Shown in pieces: positions 7,902-10,802 of a stretch of 10,802 bases of DNA. The DNA comes from Candidatus Dadabacteria bacterium. Its GTDB lineage: Bacteria > Desulfobacterota_D > UBA1144 > Nemesobacterales > CSP1-2. How positions within the stretch are numbered: the first letter of the stretch is position 1; each line of letters begins with the position of its first letter. The stretch covers positions 1,464-12,265 of the forward strand of contig PSLL01000026.1 in assembly GCA_040289575.1 (NCBI GenBank), in the 5' to 3' direction. The translations under genes were made by a program, and so were the position numbers. The notes beneath the pieces were generated by a model, which saw only the letters and a program-made list of their open reading frames with translations, did not search any database and was not told the origin of the DNA.

Positions 7902-8732
7902 ATGAATTTCATAAAACGACATCCGGTTCTCATGAGCTTGGTTCTTTTCTTTTTTGCCACACAGGTTATTTCTCTAAATCTTGAAGAGAAACATGCGGGA
8001 GACCCATTTTCTAGATTTGTTCTCCTCCTGACCTATTATCCGCAGAAATCCATTTTTGCTCTGACCGGCACGGTCGTGAGTATATGGCAGAACTATGTAG
8101 ACCTTGTGGGGGTAAGAGAAGAAAATGAGAGACTCAGATTAGAGGTCAGAAAGCTCCGCGAGGAGAGATTTCGCCTCTGGGAAGAGGAGTTGCAAAATAA
8201 AAGGCTTAAGAACCTCTTAGGGTTAAAAAAGGTCTATTCCTATAAAACCCTCTCTGCCAACGTGATTGGAGGTAGTCCCTCGATGCTTAGGTCCCAGGTC
8301 ATTATTATTGATAGAGGAAAAGAAGACGGAGTCTCTGAAGGAATGCCCGTTGCTACACACGAAGGGATTGTAGGAAGGATCTTTCTCGTTGGGGCTAAGA
8401 GCTCGGAGGTAATTCTCATAACAGACGAAATAAGCGCTGTAGACGCATACATACACAGAACCAGAGCGAGAGGGATTGTTAAGGGCACCGGAAATGGATG
8501 CGTGATGGAGTATATTGAGAAAAAGGCGGATGTAAGCGTAGGCGATAAGGTAGTTTCATCGGGAAAAGACGGGTTCTTTCCAAGCGGCGTCGTCATAGGA
8601 ACGGTCATAGGGGTTGAATCATCTGCAGGATTTATAAGGGCGCGTGTGTCGCCAGATATGGATTTAGACTCGCTTGAGGAGGTACTAGTAATCCTTAAAG
8701 CCCCTGAAAACAGAGTCGCAAATGATGAATAG
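7902..8732 (+). CDS. mreC: Rod shape-determining protein MreC
   Basis: 276 aa. N-terminal TM helix, coiled coil (ENERLR..NKRLKNLL), IIDRGKEDGV, GIVGRI and GD.VVSSG.DGFFP.G. Confidence 0.96.
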   Translation: MNFIKRHPVLMSLVLFFFATQVISLNLEEKHAGDPFSRFVLLLTYYPQKSIFALTGTVVSIWQNYVDLVGVREENERLRLEVRKLREERFRLWEEELQNKRLKNLLGLKKVYSYKTLSANVIGGSPSMLRSQVIIIDRGKEDGVSEGMPVATHEGIVGRIFLVGAKSSEVILITDEISAVDAYIHRTRARGIVKGTGNGCVMEYIEKKADVSVGDKVVSSGKDGFFPSGVVIGTVIGVESSAGFIRARVSPDMDLDSLEEVLVILKAPENRVANDE

Positions 8733-9222
8733 AGTGCTTCCGGTTATCTTCCTAATTTTACTCTCGCTCCTCTTTATAGTACTTCAGTCCACCTTTTTTT
8801 CTCCGATTCATTTTGGGCATGCCTTTTATCCCGATCTGAATTTAGTCCTCATTGTTTTTCTTGGACTCTTTTCGGATCTGAGGAGAGGTGCTATAATTGC
8901 CATTGGAAATGGCTATATGATGGATGTCCTGTCGGGATATGTAATTGGAATCCATAGTTTATCGAGACTGAGCGTCTTTGTTATTCTCAAAGGTATCTCT
9001 CAGCATATTTATTCCCAAAGCAGAATCACTCAGGCAATGGCAGTCTTATTTGCCACGCTCTTTTTATGGGGTTTTATATGGGTCAGTTTAAGATTAAAAA
9101 CCGACGACCTTGAATTTGGAATCTCTTTAGGCGATGTGATGACCCAGGGGGTGGTAAATACTGTTGTAGGACTTCCGGTTTTTTGGATAATTAATGGACT
9201 CTATGCAAAGGTACAATGGTAG
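8722..9222 (+). CDS. mreD: Rod shape-determining protein MreD
   Basis: 166-aa polytopic membrane protein with PDL.L, G...DVLSG..IG motifs, located between mreC and mrdA. Confidence 0.9.
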   Translation: MMNRVLPVIFLILLSLLFIVLQSTFFSPIHFGHAFYPDLNLVLIVFLGLFSDLRRGAIIAIGNGYMMDVLSGYVIGIHSLSRLSVFVILKGISQHIYSQSRITQAMAVLFATLFLWGFIWVSLRLKTDDLEFGISLGDVMTQGVVNTVVGLPVFWIINGLYAKVQW

Positions 9223-10802
9223 ATTCCTCATAATAACCGTAGTATTAGTTCAGGCATTTCTCATTCTTATAGGTAGGATGTGGTATCTTCAGATTATAAG
9301 GGGGGACGAGTTTGAGAGGTTTTCACTAAATAACCGCGTTCGCTCTATCAGGATTCCTGCTCCAAGAGGAAGAATTCTCGACAGGCACGGAAAGGAACTC
9401 GTTGTAAATCGTCCCTCTTTCGATGTTTATGTGCTTCCCGAAGATATAAAGGACATTGATTCCCTTGCTAATACACTCTCTTTAGCTCTGGGAATGGGAA
9501 CCGATGTAATTAAAGCCAAGATAAAGACGGCATTCCAAAAGAACCGCTATAGTCCAGCTCTTATCGCTCAGGATATAAGTCGCAATCAGCTTGCTTTTCT
9601 TGAGGCTCGTAAGAGTTCTCTACCCGGCATCATGATTGAGGTGGATCATTTAAGGGAGTATATATATGGGAAAGTAGGTGCTCCTTTTCTCGGATACGTG
9701 GGGAATATAACGGAGTCCGAGCTTAAACTACATCCCGATATGCAGGGGAACGATTTAATTGGCAAAAGCGGTATAGAGAGAAGCTGGGAAGACTACCTAC
9801 ATGGAAAAGACGGCTTTATTCAAATAGTTACAGATGCCCTTGGACGTGAGGTAAGGTCCAACCTATTTCAAGAGGACCTTCAGAAGCGGGCAAGCGTAGC
9901 GGGAGCGGATGTTATTTTATCAATTGATATTGACCTTCAAAATGCGGCGGAGGAGGCTCTCGGGGATAAAAATGGCGCTGTGGTCGCAATGGATCCAAGG
10001 AACGGAGAGGTGCTTGCGCTTGTAAGTCATCCGACATTTGATCCAAGGGATTTTGTCAAGGGCTTAGACCCTAAGGAGTGGAATGAGCTTATAAAAGACC
10101 CTTCTTTTCCTCTTGTAAACCGTGCTACCCAGGGTGTTTATCCGCCTGGGTCTGTCTTTAAGGTTGTAACTGCTGCCGCTGCCCTTAAAGAGGGTGTAAT
10201 TAATACAAGTACCTCTTTCTATTGCCCCGGGTTCTACAAGTTTGGGAAAAGGACATTTAGATGCTGGAAGGATGGAGGGCATGGTCACGTGAACCTGTAT
10301 CAGGCAATTGTCGGCTCATGCGATGTCTATTTCTATAATGTCGCACAGAGGCTGGGAATTGACCGCCTCGCCAGATATATAAAGGGATTCGGATTCGGAG
10401 TCCCTACTGGTATTGATCTTAGGGAGAAGGTAGGGACGTCTCCGAGCAGGGAATGGAAATCAAAGACATTCAAAAAGCCCTGGTATGATGGCGAGACTAT
10501 AGTAACGGGAATAGGGCAGGGCTATATGAGCACAACTCCAATTCAGATTGCTGTCATGACGGCCGCCGTGGCAAATGAGGGGGAGCTTCTCAAGCCTCAA
10601 ATTGTAAAAGAGGTAATTTCCTCACAGGGAAAAACCCTTTTTGAATACAGACTCCAGGAGAACGGAAGACTTCCGGTTGAAAAGAGGATAATGGACATAA
10701 TAAGGGATGCACTTATAGGGGTTGTGAATGAACCGAATGGAACCGGAAAGGCTGCTAAATTGGATAGGATGCTCGTTGCGGGAAAAACCGGGACTTCTCA
10801 GG
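9203..10802 (+). CDS. mrdA: Penicillin-binding protein 2 (class B transpeptidase), truncated by the window end
   Basis: Not in the ORF track because it has no stop in the window. Reads MQRYNGRFLIITVVLVQAFLILIGRMWYLQI...PAPRGRILDR, with catalytic motifs YPPGSVFK (SxxK), SCDVYFY (SxD) and AGKTGTSQ (KTG) at the very end. Confidence 0.96.
   Translation, partial: MQRYNGRFLIITVVLVQAFLILIGRMWYLQIIRGDEFERFSLNNRVRSIRIPAPRGRILDRHGKELVVNRPSFDVYVLPEDIKDIDSLANTLSLALGMGTDVIKAKIKTAFQKNRYSPALIAQDISRNQLAFLEARKSSLPGIMIEVDHLREYIYGKVGAPFLGYVGNITESELKLHPDMQGNDLIGKSGIERSWEDYLHGKDGFIQIVTDALGREVRSNLFQEDLQKRASVAGADVILSIDIDLQNAAEEALGDKNGAVVAMDPRNGEVLALVSHPTFDPRDFVKGLDPKEWNELIKDPSFPLVNRATQGVYPPGSVFKVVTAAAALKEGVINTSTSFYCPGFYKFGKRTFRCWKDGGHGHVNLYQAIVGSCDVYFYNVAQRLGIDRLARYIKGFGFGVPTGIDLREKVGTSPSREWKSKTFKKPWYDGETIVTGIGQGYMSTTPIQIAVMTAAVANEGELLKPQIVKEVISSQGKTLFEYRLQENGRLPVEKRIMDIIRDALIGVVNEPNGTGKAAKLDRMLVAGKTGTSQ

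Overview
Bacterial, probably metagenome-assembled, window that is mostly housekeeping genes at moderate GC. In order: the C-terminal tail of a probable CofH (FO synthase) gene, a stand-alone FrhB/FpoF-type F420-binding Fe-S protein (+), then on the minus strand a DUF62 SAM hydrolase, a DUF2103-like protein and a ribBA-ribH-nusB-trpD operon, and finally the divergent mreB-mreC-mreD-mrdA (PBP2) operon running off the end. Two things stand out. (1) Bases 1-~245 are a ~75% GC internal menA fragment from a different source, joined to the cofH fragment through ~21 bp that read correctly in both genes, most likely an assembly chimera. (2) The ribBA/mreB intergenic region holds an unrecognised 62-aa basic ORF with a near-consensus sigma70 promoter, a strong SD, a perfect 7-1-7 palindrome (TGGTAAT-T-ATTACCA, Fur/Zur-box-like) over the -10/start site, and a structured 3' region leading into the riboflavin operon. 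No RNA genes, CRISPR arrays or mobile elements were recognised. All family calls come from motif recognition, not database searches.
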